Part shown: in pieces, positions 43,832-55,400 of the stretch
How positions within the stretch are numbered: the stretch's first letter is position 1
Layout: the number at the start of each line of letters is the position of its first letter
From: Candidatus Woesearchaeota archaeon
Lineage (GTDB): Archaea; Nanobdellota; Nanobdellia; Woesearchaeales; UBA12501
Reading direction: 5' to 3'
Length of the DNA stretch: 64,000 nt
Assembly (NCBI GenBank): GCA_030651375.1
Contig: JAUSFM010000006.1
Coordinates: 12,646 to 76,645, forward strand
Translations under genes and position numbers: made by a program
The notes under the pieces: model-generated
Database searches by the model: none
Seen by the model: only the letters and a program-made list of their open reading frames with translations
Told to the model about the DNA's origin: nothing

Positions 43832-46800
43832 TCAAATGATGTTCAAGCTCACCTGCGCCGGTGGCCGCCGATCCGTCACTATAGTGAACGTTTTTGTTTT
43901 GTTAAACCCTGCAATGTCTTTTATCATGATGGTGTATGTTTTGTTCACCACTTGATTTTCAACTGCTTTCAGCCGGAGATTCGTGGTAAACCGTTTTGCC
44001 GGAAGCTCGAGAATCGTTGCCATGAGTTGATTGTCATAGGTGTCTGCACCTGGCAAATAATTTCCCGGCGTGACAAACAGGCAGGTTGGGCAAATATCAT
44101 TGTCAGCAAAGCTGCCGTTAATTTTTACCACAGCTTCGCGCGTGAAATATTTGTTCTCTTCAGGAATGGAAAAGGGCGTGTTGATGTCAACTTTCCATGC
44201 ATTTTCATCCGGCCCCCTGAAGTCGAGTGCCACGTCGCGGGTGATGGTTGCTGCCGGAACATTGTTTGCATAATCATCAACAAAAACGGTCAGGCTGTGC
44301 GGTTGTCCAAGCAGCTCTTCATCCGTCAGCCGGAATCGCTCGGGTTCAAGATTCCATTCAAAAACATAATTGTTCGTGCCAATCTGGTGCTCGGCTTGCG
44401 TGAGCGGTATTTCACGGCGGAGGTCAGGGCGTTCAGGCACATCAAACACTGCCCTTCCTTTCAAATCAAATCCACTGTCCTGCACCTGCAGGGTGATGCG
44501 CAGCACACCGTTGTACGCAACTGCAGCAGGAATATCATACGACATGATATGCGGTGCTTGATTGTCAACCACCAGCACCGGGCTGACATGGCGCCCCGCG
44601 GGCCCCTCAACATCATTGCTTAGTTTCAGTCGTGCTTCAGCGACGAGCGTGTAGGCCTTGTTGAACTGTTCCGGTGTGAAATCCTGCTGATTGCAGACAA
44701 ACACATTGCGCTGGACGCGCTCGCACCGCGCAGGCATCGGGTCTTCCTGTCCGAGCGGCGCGTCAAATCGTTTTACAAACAGCCGCCCATTAATTGAGCC
44801 GTCAGCATTTTGATCACCAATCACAACCGGCTCCTGATTTGCTGAATAATCAATTTTTACATTCCCATTTGCACTCGTGTAAAATGTTCCGTTATTCTTC
44901 ACTGCCGGCGCAAGGAACTCCCACACCGGCGGCTGTGGTGTGCCCTCATTGGTGTTGAATGCCCAGCTCGGCTTGCCGGTTTGTGAGGGCGCAAGCTGGT
45001 TTGTTGCCTTGTCAAATCCTTTGAAAATAACCAATCCCCCACCAGTAAACGGTTCGCCGTTGCGGTAGGTAATCGTGTATCGGCGTTTTCCTTCAAGCTC
45101 TTCTTTTTTCATCACCATTTTTCCGTCATGGTCAGCAAGGCGTGCGGTGATGATGCCTTCACTATTTTTATTTTCACCACCAAGCTCTGCATCAAGATAT
45201 TCATCATGCAGCGTGTCCCAGCCAAAGGTTTCAAGCAGCTGCTGTTTTTCACCACTTTCCATAAATGCACCAGTGTTCTCATTGACCAGCCGGTCGCTGA
45301 CGAGGAAATAGGTGTACTCAACTTCACTATCCGTTCCGGTGCATACATTGCGCTCACAGCCCTCACCATCGATAATTGTTTCGCTGCTTTCAGCACTTTC
45401 TTCAGCTGGTGTTGATGCTGATTCTGCGGGAATAATCGTGACGCTTATACTATCAGGAATGAGCGGCGCATCAAACGTTCCATCACTTCCTTCCTCAACC
45501 ACAATGCTCACATTCGTGATTTGCTCGTTCGTGGTTCCTTCTGCCGGGCTGTTCTGCACCACCCGCGGGCCTTGGCTGTCGACGATAATCCCCGCGAGAC
45601 TTGTTGGATCGGGAGATGGCCGTGAGACCACAATATCATCACCAAGAATACTGCCCACTCCTTTTGCAGCGAAGGTGTTGCATCCTTCTTCCAATGCTAC
45701 GGGTTCGCCAAACACATTTTCTTCTGTGGGCTTTGCAAATATATTTACCGGAATGCCTACCTGTCCGGCGACGCGCACAGGCACTTCCTCAAGCGGTGCG
45801 TCCAGTGTCAGGTTGTTTGGTGTGCCCAGTTTGACATTGGCAATTGCATAATGGTGGCGGTAGGCGCCGTACCCCGTGCGGTGATATTCCTTTTGCACCT
45901 TTCCCGTGTCATCAACCACTGGGCTGAACTGGAGGAATTTTCCAGTAAGATCAATAGGAAGTGTGTTGATGGTGAGTGTTTTCATAATTCCTGTCGGTGG
46001 GTTTACCGCCGTGGTAGTGAGTGCATCACGCTGCTGGGCAAAATCTTCATGTGGGTCAAATTCTTTTTGTTTTATTTGGGCGCCACCGCATCGTCCGGTG
46101 TAATATTCTATTTTTTTGGTGATGTCCGGATGTTTCAGCACACCGGTTACAAACAGTTCACGCTGGTTGGTGTACGCGAGCCCCTCATCAGGGTAATATT
46201 TTATTGGATATTCATTCTCATCGCTGAATGCGACCCATTCTTCACCAGCGTCAAAAAACACACTTGAAAAAATGGGCTCAAGCTGCACTTCAGGTGTCGC
46301 GGTGACCAGCGTGATAGTAAGCGGCTGAACCATCATGGCAAGTTGTGCCGATGCTCGTTCTCCAGGGAAACAGTCAGTTCCTTTTTCAGTAACGCTCACG
46401 GGTTCAAATTGAACTTCAAGAGTATAGAAATCTTTTTCATCACCCCCTGCGTTCTCAAGCTGGAGCCGCCGGAGGTCAACACCACAGCTGATGGTTGAGA
46501 CACCTTCAAGTTGGCAGTCTGCCCGTGAGATGGTGCCGGCATTTTTCTTTTCTCCTTGTATTTTCAGCACACCATTTTCAAGAATCATGCCCGTAGCAAA
46601 AATTGTTGCTTGCATCGTGTCCAGGCTTGCAGCACGGCCAGTATTGATTTTGATGCGGTAGCTGTCCTTGGGAATTCGCGGCGGGGGAGTTGGCTGGAGT
46701 TCATTACCCAGCGCGTCAAAAATCGTGACGCGTGCAGTGTCTGCAATCGTACCCGTTCCGGTATCAGCCACGCTTATTTTGAATGCTTCGCGGTCAAACG

Positions 46801-49800
46801 TAACACTCTCGTGGTGTTGCTTGTCCGCTGCGCGGACGCCGGAGATTTCAAGCGTTGCCGTGCCTCCCTGAACCGAGTTGCCGACGAGGAACGGCGTGAA
46901 TGGTGAAATAAATCCTTCGGTCTGGTCGGGAGCAAATGCAAATGCCAACGGCTGGCCATTCACCGTCATGCTTACGTCGCCGCAGCCGCCATCAAGCCCT
47001 TCAAGTCCATACTGGTCCTTCACGCGACTGTCAGAGCAGTACGCAAACACATTCTGTGCCGTGCCGTAATTTCCCGGCTCGAGCGCCACGGTTTTGTCAA
47101 TGGTGCCAAAGAAGCGCACGCTTGGGGCGAATATGTCTTTTGAAATCACGATGCGGTCGGCGCGGTTGCCGTCGAGCTGCTGCTGGCCGTCAAATTGGCA
47201 CGCCACCTGAAACACGTTGAGGTCATCTTTCAGCTCCACATTTTTTGTGTGCTCTTTTCGTTCCGTGCTTTCCTGCATGTGCTCAGCATCACCAGCGTTG
47301 AATGAGACAAACTCGCGGTTGGTTCCCATAGGATTAATGTAACACGTTGCTGGCTCATCCGTCTGCACGCGCGCAATGATATTCCGCGCACCAGTTATCG
47401 GTTCAGAGCCGCCAAAGGTTCCCGACACAACATGGATCTTGTTGGTGTCAATAATTTTTACTTCCTGCCCATGGTCAGTGTTACCGAAATCATTTACACA
47501 GCCGTAGGTAAACACATAGATGTCATCCTTGAGATTGTGGAACGAGCGGGTAAAGGCGCGGCCATGCTCATCAGTGATGGCATTGCTTTTCAACAGCGCA
47601 GCAGGCGTATCATCCGCAGGAACTTCATCACCTTTGATGTTTGTCAGTTTTGCATTGCACACCACATCTTCAGTGTATTCAAGATTCACCAGTAGCTCAC
47701 GCGGGCTGTCCGCAGAAATGGACAATACCCGCTCGTGCACTTTTCTTGGCGGATTGATGTTGACGACGATATCTGCATGCTTGACCTCTTCAAGATTATT
47801 GGCGCGATCCTGCGAGTAAAAGTTCAGCCGCGATGCGCTCTGGTCTCCGGCAGAAAGCACTTTCTGGATTTTGCACATCGTGTAATTTTTTGGATAACAA
47901 TCATGGTCAAGGCAGAAAAAGGTCGTTGCCGGTTCGCTGACGCGCACCGGGATGTCCATAAATTTTCCAATCTTCAGCCGGCCGTTTGTGTCCTGTTTTA
48001 TTTTTTCAGCAACAACACTTGTTTCAGGCGCCGCAAAGTCTCGGTTGCATTCCTGCGGATTTTGGACAAATGAGCAATCATCAACACCATTTCCATCGGC
48101 ATCTTTGAAGCAGCGCTCGCCCGGTTCTGATCCCCATTTACATAACCCAAACGAAAACAGGTCGTTGCTTCGCTGGCTAATACGGTTGGTGCCGCTGGCG
48201 CGTACTGCGCCGTCATATCGCGCATCAATTTCAACCTCTTTTGTGCCACCCCTGCTGAGTCGGTCGCCAACACATTCTTTTTCTGCGCGTGCTGGTTTGC
48301 CGGCGTCGTTGTAATCATCACAGCCCAGCGATTTCACGTCTTCGCACGTGTTTTCTCCGGTGCTGAAATAGCACGCGTCACCAAATAATGCGCACGACTG
48401 CTTATCGCATCCCACAAGAACTGGGTTTGCATTTCCTGCTGCCGGTGCCTGCGTACTGCATGCGCTGCACTGCTGTTTTTCTTGTGTAGCTGGTGCGCAG
48501 ATTCCCAATCCCAAATCAGCATTAGTTGTTTTCCATGTGCAGCCGCCCGCAGCGACTTTGCAGTGGCTCTCATCATTTTCACACGCATATTTTGTCCGGT
48601 AGCCATAACAGCTTTGCACGTCTTGGCAACTTCGGAACTGGTTTACTGTTTTTTCGCTCTTGTCATAGGTACAACCCATGAGCTGTTCGCATGCCTGTTG
48701 CGCTGCAACGCCGGGCTTGTCAAACAGCACGCCGGCAAATATCTGAAATGCACCATTACATTTTGAGCACAATTCCGGTGCTTTGCATTCAATGGCTCCT
48801 GCTGATGGCTCGGTGCAGTATGTTCCTGCAGTGCACGGTTCTCCCGAGCCGAGCACTCCAGTGCTGCAGATGTTTGTTTTTCGCTTGTCAACATCAGTGC
48901 TGTCACAGAAGCGCTGGCCTTCCACACACTCTTCCCTGCAGATATGGTCGCTGGTGACCGCGGGCTTGTTTTGATAGTTTAACTCAACCGCTACACACAC
49001 GGTATCGTCTGTTTTTTTCTGAAACTCTCTGCGCAGAGAATTAATGTCAGCGCTGCTTTGCCACTGGCTTTTCGGCAGGGCTGCACAGTTTGTTTTTTTG
49101 TTGTCACACCATCGCACGTGTTGGCTGGCAAGTAGGCAGGCAGATACCACTTCTGGAATAGCCCATTGGAGGTGCGTCATATCCTGCGCATCAGTTTGAA
49201 ACGTTGTTATCGTCGGTGCGGGAGTTTCACACGCCGGGCTGCAGGTGCAATCAGTCGGTCCGCACTGGTCAGGATTGGTGCAGCCGCAGGCGCTTCCAAC
49301 TGCGCAGCGGTCAATGCCAATCTCGCACGTCTCAACAAAATAATCCTTGTTCGGCGTATTCAGCGTGCCATCACCGCACACGCCGGTTGGCGCAGTCCTG
49401 CGCTCTGACGGGGGAATATAGGTGCACGTTGCCGTGTCAAATCTACAGAAACTGTTGCAGTTCAGCGTGCCGCCGCTGAATTTTTTTCCGGGCTCAAATT
49501 CGACGTCAGCACAGCTTGTTGTTCCCTGCTTGAACAGCATACGATTGCTGCCTGCCTCAAAATCACAATCCTCGCCCGCGTCAACGATACCGTTGCGGCA
49601 GTTGGTTCTTTGCACGGCGCAGCGGTGCGTGTCGGTGCTACACGTCAATCCCGCGCGGCAGTCGCGGTCGGTTGCGCATTTTTTTTCCTGCGCGCATGGC
49701 GGGCAGGTGCCGCCGCAATCAACATCACTTTCTCCGGCGTCCTGCACCGTGTTTTCGCACCGAGAGACTTCAGCGCGTGCGCCGGGAATGCAAATTCCAT

Positions 49801-50206
49801 TGGTGCAGCGCGTGTTGGCGGGGCACTGCGCGTCTTCTTGGCATTCAAGCAGGCCGCCGCAGATGTCTGCGGGAATGGACGCTTCAAACGGCTTGACACT
49901 GACGAGCTCTCCGCCGGCTGCGTCACACGTGTTTTTGTATTTTGGCTGGCGCAGAGCGCCACCATGCGTGGTGCAGCAGCCGATGGAACACTGGGACGCG
50001 AGGCTGTCATCAGTACATGCCACATTTGAAAATGTGCCTTGTTTTGCAGCGCACAGCGCCTCATCACCGCCAAACATCACTTCACAGCCATTGGCGCTGA
50101 TGCAGCACGTTTCATCATTTGCCGCACCCAACACCGGCAGGGCGAAAAAAATAATACTAAGAAAACTAATGAGAAGAATACTTAGTACCATCCTCTTTTT
50201 CAGCAT
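43832..50206 (-). CDS. Giant (2124 aa) secreted Cys-rich surface protein
   Basis: Sec signal MLKKRMVLSILLISFLSIIFFALPVLGAAN. The first 620 aa or so are Cys-dense and include one copy of the CENTVQDAGESDVDCGGTCPPC module. The rest is beta-rich and Cys-poor. No family recognised. Confidence 0.7.
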   Translation of the reverse strand: MLKKRMVLSILLISFLSIIFFALPVLGAANDETCCISANGCEVMFGGDEALCAAKQGTFSNVACTDDSLASQCSIGCCTTHGGALRQPKYKNTCDAAGGELVSVKPFEASIPADICGGLLECQEDAQCPANTRCTNGICIPGARAEVSRCENTVQDAGESDVDCGGTCPPCAQEKKCATDRDCRAGLTCSTDTHRCAVQRTNCRNGIVDAGEDCDFEAGSNRMLFKQGTTSCADVEFEPGKKFSGGTLNCNSFCRFDTATCTYIPPSERRTAPTGVCGDGTLNTPNKDYFVETCEIGIDRCAVGSACGCTNPDQCGPTDCTCSPACETPAPTITTFQTDAQDMTHLQWAIPEVVSACLLASQHVRWCDNKKTNCAALPKSQWQSSADINSLRREFQKKTDDTVCVAVELNYQNKPAVTSDHICREECVEGQRFCDSTDVDKRKTNICSTGVLGSGEPCTAGTYCTEPSAGAIECKAPELCSKCNGAFQIFAGVLFDKPGVAAQQACEQLMGCTYDKSEKTVNQFRSCQDVQSCYGYRTKYACENDESHCKVAAGGCTWKTTNADLGLGICAPATQEKQQCSACSTQAPAAGNANPVLVGCDKQSCALFGDACYFSTGENTCEDVKSLGCDDYNDAGKPARAEKECVGDRLSRGGTKEVEIDARYDGAVRASGTNRISQRSNDLFSFGLCKWGSEPGERCFKDADGNGVDDCSFVQNPQECNRDFAAPETSVVAEKIKQDTNGRLKIGKFMDIPVRVSEPATTFFCLDHDCYPKNYTMCKIQKVLSAGDQSASRLNFYSQDRANNLEEVKHADIVVNINPPRKVHERVLSISADSPRELLVNLEYTEDVVCNAKLTNIKGDEVPADDTPAALLKSNAITDEHGRAFTRSFHNLKDDIYVFTYGCVNDFGNTDHGQEVKIIDTNKIHVVSGTFGGSEPITGARNIIARVQTDEPATCYINPMGTNREFVSFNAGDAEHMQESTERKEHTKNVELKDDLNVFQVACQFDGQQQLDGNRADRIVISKDIFAPSVRFFGTIDKTVALEPGNYGTAQNVFAYCSDSRVKDQYGLEGLDGGCGDVSMTVNGQPLAFAFAPDQTEGFISPFTPFLVGNSVQGGTATLEISGVRAADKQHHESVTFDREAFKISVADTGTGTIADTARVTIFDALGNELQPTPPPRIPKDSYRIKINTGRAASLDTMQATIFATGMILENGVLKIQGEKKNAGTISRADCQLEGVSTISCGVDLRRLQLENAGGDEKDFYTLEVQFEPVSVTEKGTDCFPGERASAQLAMMVQPLTITLVTATPEVQLEPIFSSVFFDAGEEWVAFSDENEYPIKYYPDEGLAYTNQRELFVTGVLKHPDITKKIEYYTGRCGGAQIKQKEFDPHEDFAQQRDALTTTAVNPPTGIMKTLTINTLPIDLTGKFLQFSPVVDDTGKVQKEYHRTGYGAYRHHYAIANVKLGTPNNLTLDAPLEEVPVRVAGQVGIPVNIFAKPTEENVFGEPVALEEGCNTFAAKGVGSILGDDIVVSRPSPDPTSLAGIIVDSQGPRVVQNSPAEGTTNEQITNVSIVVEEGSDGTFDAPLIPDSISVTIIPAESASTPAEESAESSETIIDGEGCERNVCTGTDSEVEYTYFLVSDRLVNENTGAFMESGEKQQLLETFGWDTLHDEYLDAELGGENKNSEGIITARLADHDGKMVMKKEELEGKRRYTITYRNGEPFTGGGLVIFKGFDKATNQLAPSQTGKPSWAFNTNEGTPQPPVWEFLAPAVKNNGTFYTSANGNVKIDYSANQEPVVIGDQNADGSINGRLFVKRFDAPLGQEDPMPARCERVQRNVFVCNQQDFTPEQFNKAYTLVAEARLKLSNDVEGPAGRHVSPVLVVDNQAPHIMSYDIPAAVAYNGVLRITLQVQDSGFDLKGRAVFDVPERPDLRREIPLTQAEHQIGTNNYVFEWNLEPERFRLTDEELLGQPHSLTVFVDDYANNVPAATITRDVALDFRGPDENAWKVDINTPFSIPEENKYFTREAVVKINGSFADNDICPTCLFVTPGNYLPGADTYDNQLMATILELPAKRFTTNLRLKAVENQVVNKTYTIMIKDIAGFNKTKTFTIVTDRRPPAQVSLNII

Positions 50207-50275
50207 CCAGTCACCAACATTTTTTTGCCTAGTATGCTCTCTATTCTGGCGTACTATCTTTAAAAATATTGTGGA

Positions 50276-51928
50276 TTATTCCCCCATTTTGTCAACGATA
50301 AGAATTACGAGCTGCTGGCGGTCACAGAGCGCATTGGTGTCCTTTGTTTTGATGTCACCATCATGGTCATCACACACCTCAACGGTTATGGTGTGGTAGC
50401 CGAAATCAAGCGGCTTGAGCGCGCGGTCTGTTCTGCGGATTGTTGCACGGTAGGCGTGCTTCTCTCCAGCAAGCGGCTCGTGTGCTCCAACTTCCCATGT
50501 TGATGGAACCGTTTCGACATTATCATCTCTGCACACATTCAACTCTTGCACATCTTTATAATTCGCAATCAGCGGACCTTTGTCTTCTGGCGGATTCTCA
50601 AACAGCTCGTTGGCATCAATTTCCGGCAGGTCAATCGCCTCTTCCTTGTCGTCTTTTTTTACCGTTCCCCAACACTCTTCCTTGAGCCGCTCGTTCCACT
50701 CGTCCGTGTTTATGTCCACAAAATGAATCGCATCCTCATCCGGATCATGGGCGAGAACATCAAATTCTATTTTTGTGCCTGGTGTGCCATACTCAAATAA
50801 AAGATCGAACGGCTTGAAATTTCCTTCTTTAAAATCAGTATCAGTATTGTCGTGAATAAAAGAAAGCACCGGCCGCCGGTTTGCCCGCGCCACATTAAAG
50901 ACGAGCGGCGCGCCGCTTAAGGATGATGCCGTGTCGAGAATGCTGACGGCGTCGTCATATTTTTTCTCAGCACATTTCGGGCAGCTAACCTCGATATCAA
51001 TACTTTTTTCATTTTTTTTATCATAATATTCGCTCTTTTTTTGATGCTCATTTTCATTCACGTCAAAGCTCAACTCCGTTCGGTCCCGCCGCATCAAGTC
51101 CTGTACCAATCCATAGATGCGCTTGAGCCGTGCAGAAATGCTGATGTGGTACTGTATAATTTCCCGGCTTGCTTTTTCAATACCAACGACAACCGGATAC
51201 GTTGCATCAACCGCAACATCCTCCTCACCAATGGTGACGGTGACGTCCGGCACCTCGACCGTGAAATTAACAATGCTAAATCCGCCCATCTGTTTTATTT
51301 TTTCTTCATTAATACATTCTTTCGCATGCGTGGTAATAAAATCATCCAGCTGGCCCTGGATTGAAATCGTGTCAGAAAAGCCTGCGGGGCACGGCGGCGC
51401 AACTCCACTCTGCTGGTCATTCGGCCCGCCTTTCTGGCACAGCGCCGGGATTTTCAAATCACCGAAGGGGAAGCGTTTTTCTGTCAGTGTATCGGGCTTG
51501 TCAACAAGCCAGTAATCAAATGGTGGCTGCGCTTGCTGTTCATTTTCTTTTCTGCTGGTCGGTTTGATGCGTGCATCTTTTGAAGGATAGTCTTCTTCAG
51601 TTGCGCGTTCAGGTATCCAATACTTTACCTGATTGCCCCCAAACGCCATAAATGTTCCGGGCGCCGGCTGTAATTCGCCGCCATTGGCAGCGAGCTGTTG
51701 TATGCCCTGCACTGCTGTTTTTTCAAGGCACAGCTCGACATAATTCCGCACTGATTCAGTTCGGAGCAGCTCGCCAATTTCACTCGCGCTTTTCTGCAGC
51801 GGCGCGAGCTGTTTTTGTGAAGTAAGAGAAAGCATCATGCTGACGAGAACAACCATAATAATACCGATGATAATAAAGGCCGTTGCCTGTGCTTTTTTTC
51901 CTGTGTGGCCGGTTTGGGGAGTAATCAT
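50276..51928 (-). CDS. Large pilin-like (class III signal) protein (550 aa)
   Basis: MITPQTGHTGKKAQATAFIIIGIIMVVLVSMMLSL. Start ATG 51928 lies just after the upstream stop at 51939. Confidence 0.6.
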   Translation of the reverse strand: MITPQTGHTGKKAQATAFIIIGIIMVVLVSMMLSLTSQKQLAPLQKSASEIGELLRTESVRNYVELCLEKTAVQGIQQLAANGGELQPAPGTFMAFGGNQVKYWIPERATEEDYPSKDARIKPTSRKENEQQAQPPFDYWLVDKPDTLTEKRFPFGDLKIPALCQKGGPNDQQSGVAPPCPAGFSDTISIQGQLDDFITTHAKECINEEKIKQMGGFSIVNFTVEVPDVTVTIGEEDVAVDATYPVVVGIEKASREIIQYHISISARLKRIYGLVQDLMRRDRTELSFDVNENEHQKKSEYYDKKNEKSIDIEVSCPKCAEKKYDDAVSILDTASSLSGAPLVFNVARANRRPVLSFIHDNTDTDFKEGNFKPFDLLFEYGTPGTKIEFDVLAHDPDEDAIHFVDINTDEWNERLKEECWGTVKKDDKEEAIDLPEIDANELFENPPEDKGPLIANYKDVQELNVCRDDNVETVPSTWEVGAHEPLAGEKHAYRATIRRTDRALKPLDFGYHTITVEVCDDHDGDIKTKDTNALCDRQQLVILIVDKMGE

Positions 51929-51938
51929 GCGTGCCTCC

Positions 51939-52448
51939 TTATCGAAGCTGAATGAGTGAAACAAGCTGGTGCCAGAGCTTGGTGTTCGACGCGGCGATTT
52001 TGACAAAATTTGAGCCGGTGTCAGCATCTTTTTTGCAGGTAACAAGTTCACGCTCATCAGCTGCAAGGTTCTGCTCAATCTTTTGGCAGACATCGATGTC
52101 AATGTGCTGATATTTGATCGTGCTTATCGCGGCACGGTCAATTGCACCATTTTCACGCTTTGCAAGAATCATCTTGTCGCCACTTTTGACAATGCTAATT
52201 CCGCGCACTTTTTTTGTCGGCCCGGAAAGAGCCAAGAACGTGTCAACACTTATATCTCCACTGTCTGCGCTTATTGCACCCCGTATCCGGTCAATGGCTT
52301 CTTGAGTAACCGTCCCTACATTTTCAAGTGCTTCGTTAACCCCCTCTTTGATGTCATCAAAAACCCCCTCTAAAAAAGCATGCACAGGATATGCAAGAAG
52401 AATAAATACCAGTACTATAATACTTCCACTAAACAGTCTGTTTTTCAT
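51939..52448 (-). CDS. Secreted hypothetical protein (169 aa)
   Basis: Sec signal MKNRLFSGSIIVLVFILLAYPVHA. ATGA overlap with the upstream gene. Confidence 0.55.
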   Translation of the reverse strand: MKNRLFSGSIIVLVFILLAYPVHAFLEGVFDDIKEGVNEALENVGTVTQEAIDRIRGAISADSGDISVDTFLALSGPTKKVRGISIVKSGDKMILAKRENGAIDRAAISTIKYQHIDIDVCQKIEQNLAADERELVTCKKDADTGSNFVKIAASNTKLWHQLVSLIQLR

Positions 52449-55400
52449 CCTTCCACCTTAAATGCCTTCGGCGAGTACAGGAGCGCGTTGAGGCGTTTGC
52501 TATACCACACATTTGCTGGTTCGGTTGGCTTGCCGAACGGCTTTAATTCCAAAAATCCAGAGCCTGTTCGTGCCCGTTCCGTATCCCATACACCATTGCA
52601 GCCATGGAACTCTTCTCCCTTTCTTGCAATTTCCTGTCTGAACGCTTCCTGATACTTAAAGACGCCGAGGCATTGAGTAAAGAGTGTCTCACCATTAACG
52701 CTCTGCTGTTTATTGTATGCCGTATCAAGCGCTGACAACACGCTGTTTTCCGCGGCTGGCGATTTGATTATTGTCTCTGGTTCAGTGAGCGCAAGAGCAA
52801 CAATCACTTGATTTTTTGCAAGGGGAATTTCACTCAACAATCCTTTGTAGAGTGTGTTGAGCAACGCATGCGTATTCGTCTGAAGTACGCAGGCGTACGC
52901 AGCTCCCCCATTTTCAAAGAAGTGTGTGACATCGCCCGACAGTGCCGCGCTGAACTCCTTGTTCACCAACACTTCTTCAGGCGTATCGCAATAGATACTA
53001 TACGGAAGCCCTGCGCGGTCAACGATGCGCGTATCAGGAAGGTGCGCAAGTACACTTGCCAGTTTTACCGGCCTGCTTGTCCATGTTCCAGCATCGCAAA
53101 ACACATCTTCGCCCGCATCACCGCTGTTCGCCGGGCCGAAGAAACCGTCAGGCTTGCAGGTCATTTCGGTACGCGCTCCAGCGGCAACTGCATACGCGCA
53201 TGCATCTCCCGGGCAGACGCGTGAACCGTCGCTAAACTGGTTTGTTTTTCTATCTCCCACTTTCCATTCGCCATTGCTGCAGAACAACGCTTTCTCTTGA
53301 TTGGCGCTGAAGAAGCGGCCATCAAAGTTTCCTTGCACACAGCGCGCTCCATCCCAACATTCGGTTGCTGCGCAGCAGTCAGTTTCTACTGATCGTGGTA
53401 CATTTTCTGCGTTGATGCCGATTTCTCTAAACAGTTGGGCAGATGGCTCACTTTTTTCAACAACCTGCCCTTCTGCAAACTTCCAGATATTTTCCAGCGA
53501 ACAGAACGCATTGCCGAATTTGGCTGCGCATGACGGCTGGGAGTTTTGGGCACTGGTAACCAGCGGCCCTTCGTTTGCTTCACTCGATGGATTTGTTTTC
53601 TGCAATTGTGCAAGCTCAAAATCAGCAAGGGCGCATCCGAGAAAAGAACCTTGCGTGTGCAGTATCTTTTGTGGGAGATGCGCGTACATCTGTACATTTC
53701 TGATAGTGTTGTTTTTTTCTCCCTGATTGGTGAAATCGACGGTTAATCGCTTCTCGCGTGTTGAAGGAATTGCCAGCTTAAATCGCTGAAACGCGCCGGT
53801 ACTGTATTCTACCGTTGAAAGATCATGTGGCTGCCGGTGCTCGTCAAAATAACGAATCCGAAGGCGATCACCGGTTTTTTTAACCTGAACCTCTGCATCA
53901 ACAATAATTACTAATCCTACTGGGTTATTTACTTCCATTGAGCGCGCTATTTTTCCAGGAAAAAGAACCAATTCTTCGCCTCCATTAATACGATTTTGGA
54001 TTACAAAATTTTGTGATTCTTTTCCCGAGTTCACTTCAACACTCACGCCCGATCCAAAAATAGATGATACCGATGATATCTGGCCTGGTGCATTATGTGC
54101 ATCAAAAAATGAATTTCCGCCTGCCTTGTTTTGTTCAACTGCCTGATTCGCAATACACGCCTGTACTACACCACCATCACTCATTGAAAAGAACTCATTC
54201 TGCCCATCACCACCACAGCAGGCGCCTGGATTGCTAAACCGGTTGTTTGCTTTCCGCACCAGCCATGTTCCTGCTTTTTTTTCTTCGCAGATAAATGGAT
54301 TGGCATTTGCATCCAGTTCTGATTGGCCGCAGCCGATAAATTCAGCAAGTTCAGAATGCTGATCGACATCTCTTTGTTTGATGACCCTTAGCCGTTCATT
54401 CCGAGGGGTGTTCGGGCATTTTAAATCATCTTTATTCTGAATAGAATCTTCATCAATGTCTTCTAATCGTTCTGCCGCTGTCAAATCTTTGCAGCACAAC
54501 ATGCCGCCGGGCGCGTCGATGAATTGTTCATTCCCCCCTCCGAAACCAAATCCACCAACACTCCCTTTTGCCTGCACAAACCCGCACGCAAATTCGTTTG
54601 TGTCACACAATTTTTCTTCATCCTTGATGAGCACAATCCGCGGCTCACGCTGAATCGGAAGCGCATGCCCATTCTCCTGCACCACACAACAGGCCAACTG
54701 TTTAAATTCATTGGTTTGCGCATCTTTGATTGCGCCACACATCACCGGCGTTGATTCCTCACACTGTACAGTGCGTTGTTCCTGTTGTTTCGGATCTTCT
54801 TTTGGCGGGAACTGAAACGGAGTAATTGTTGCTTCGCCGACAGCAAGATTGTTCAACGTGCAGCACTGCACAAAATCAAGGCCTGTTTTATCCACCGGGT
54901 CGTCTTTTAGTTCTTTTGCGCCGCAGACAACCTGGCCTTCACCGCACTTTTGTAGCGGATCAGTACTGATTGAATTTGCGAGATTAACCCGCGCGATAAT
55001 CTCCGGTCTATCAACTTTGTCATCCGGCTTGAGGGTTCCCGGCGGACATTTTTGTTTTGTTGCATCATCCAATTTATCAAATTCTTCGCGGGTGATGCTT
55101 ACATCTCTACCATCTATCGTGCACCAATGATCCCCTGCTTGATCTGCTGCAACACATGCACCATCCAGATCACTTGCTGTAATGAGGCATACCTGATTGT
55201 CCCTTTTGTTATCATCTTGACTGAATGGCGCTGCCCGCGTGTAACATTGATTACGTAGTACACGTTCTGTTGTTGGAAGGATACAACAATCATTGGAACC
55301 AAAACCTCGGTCAATATGTCTCCCCCCCTTATCTTCACAATCTCCTGTCCACCAATCAATCGAACAATCCCTCGTGCTACCCTCAACTATTTCTGGAAAT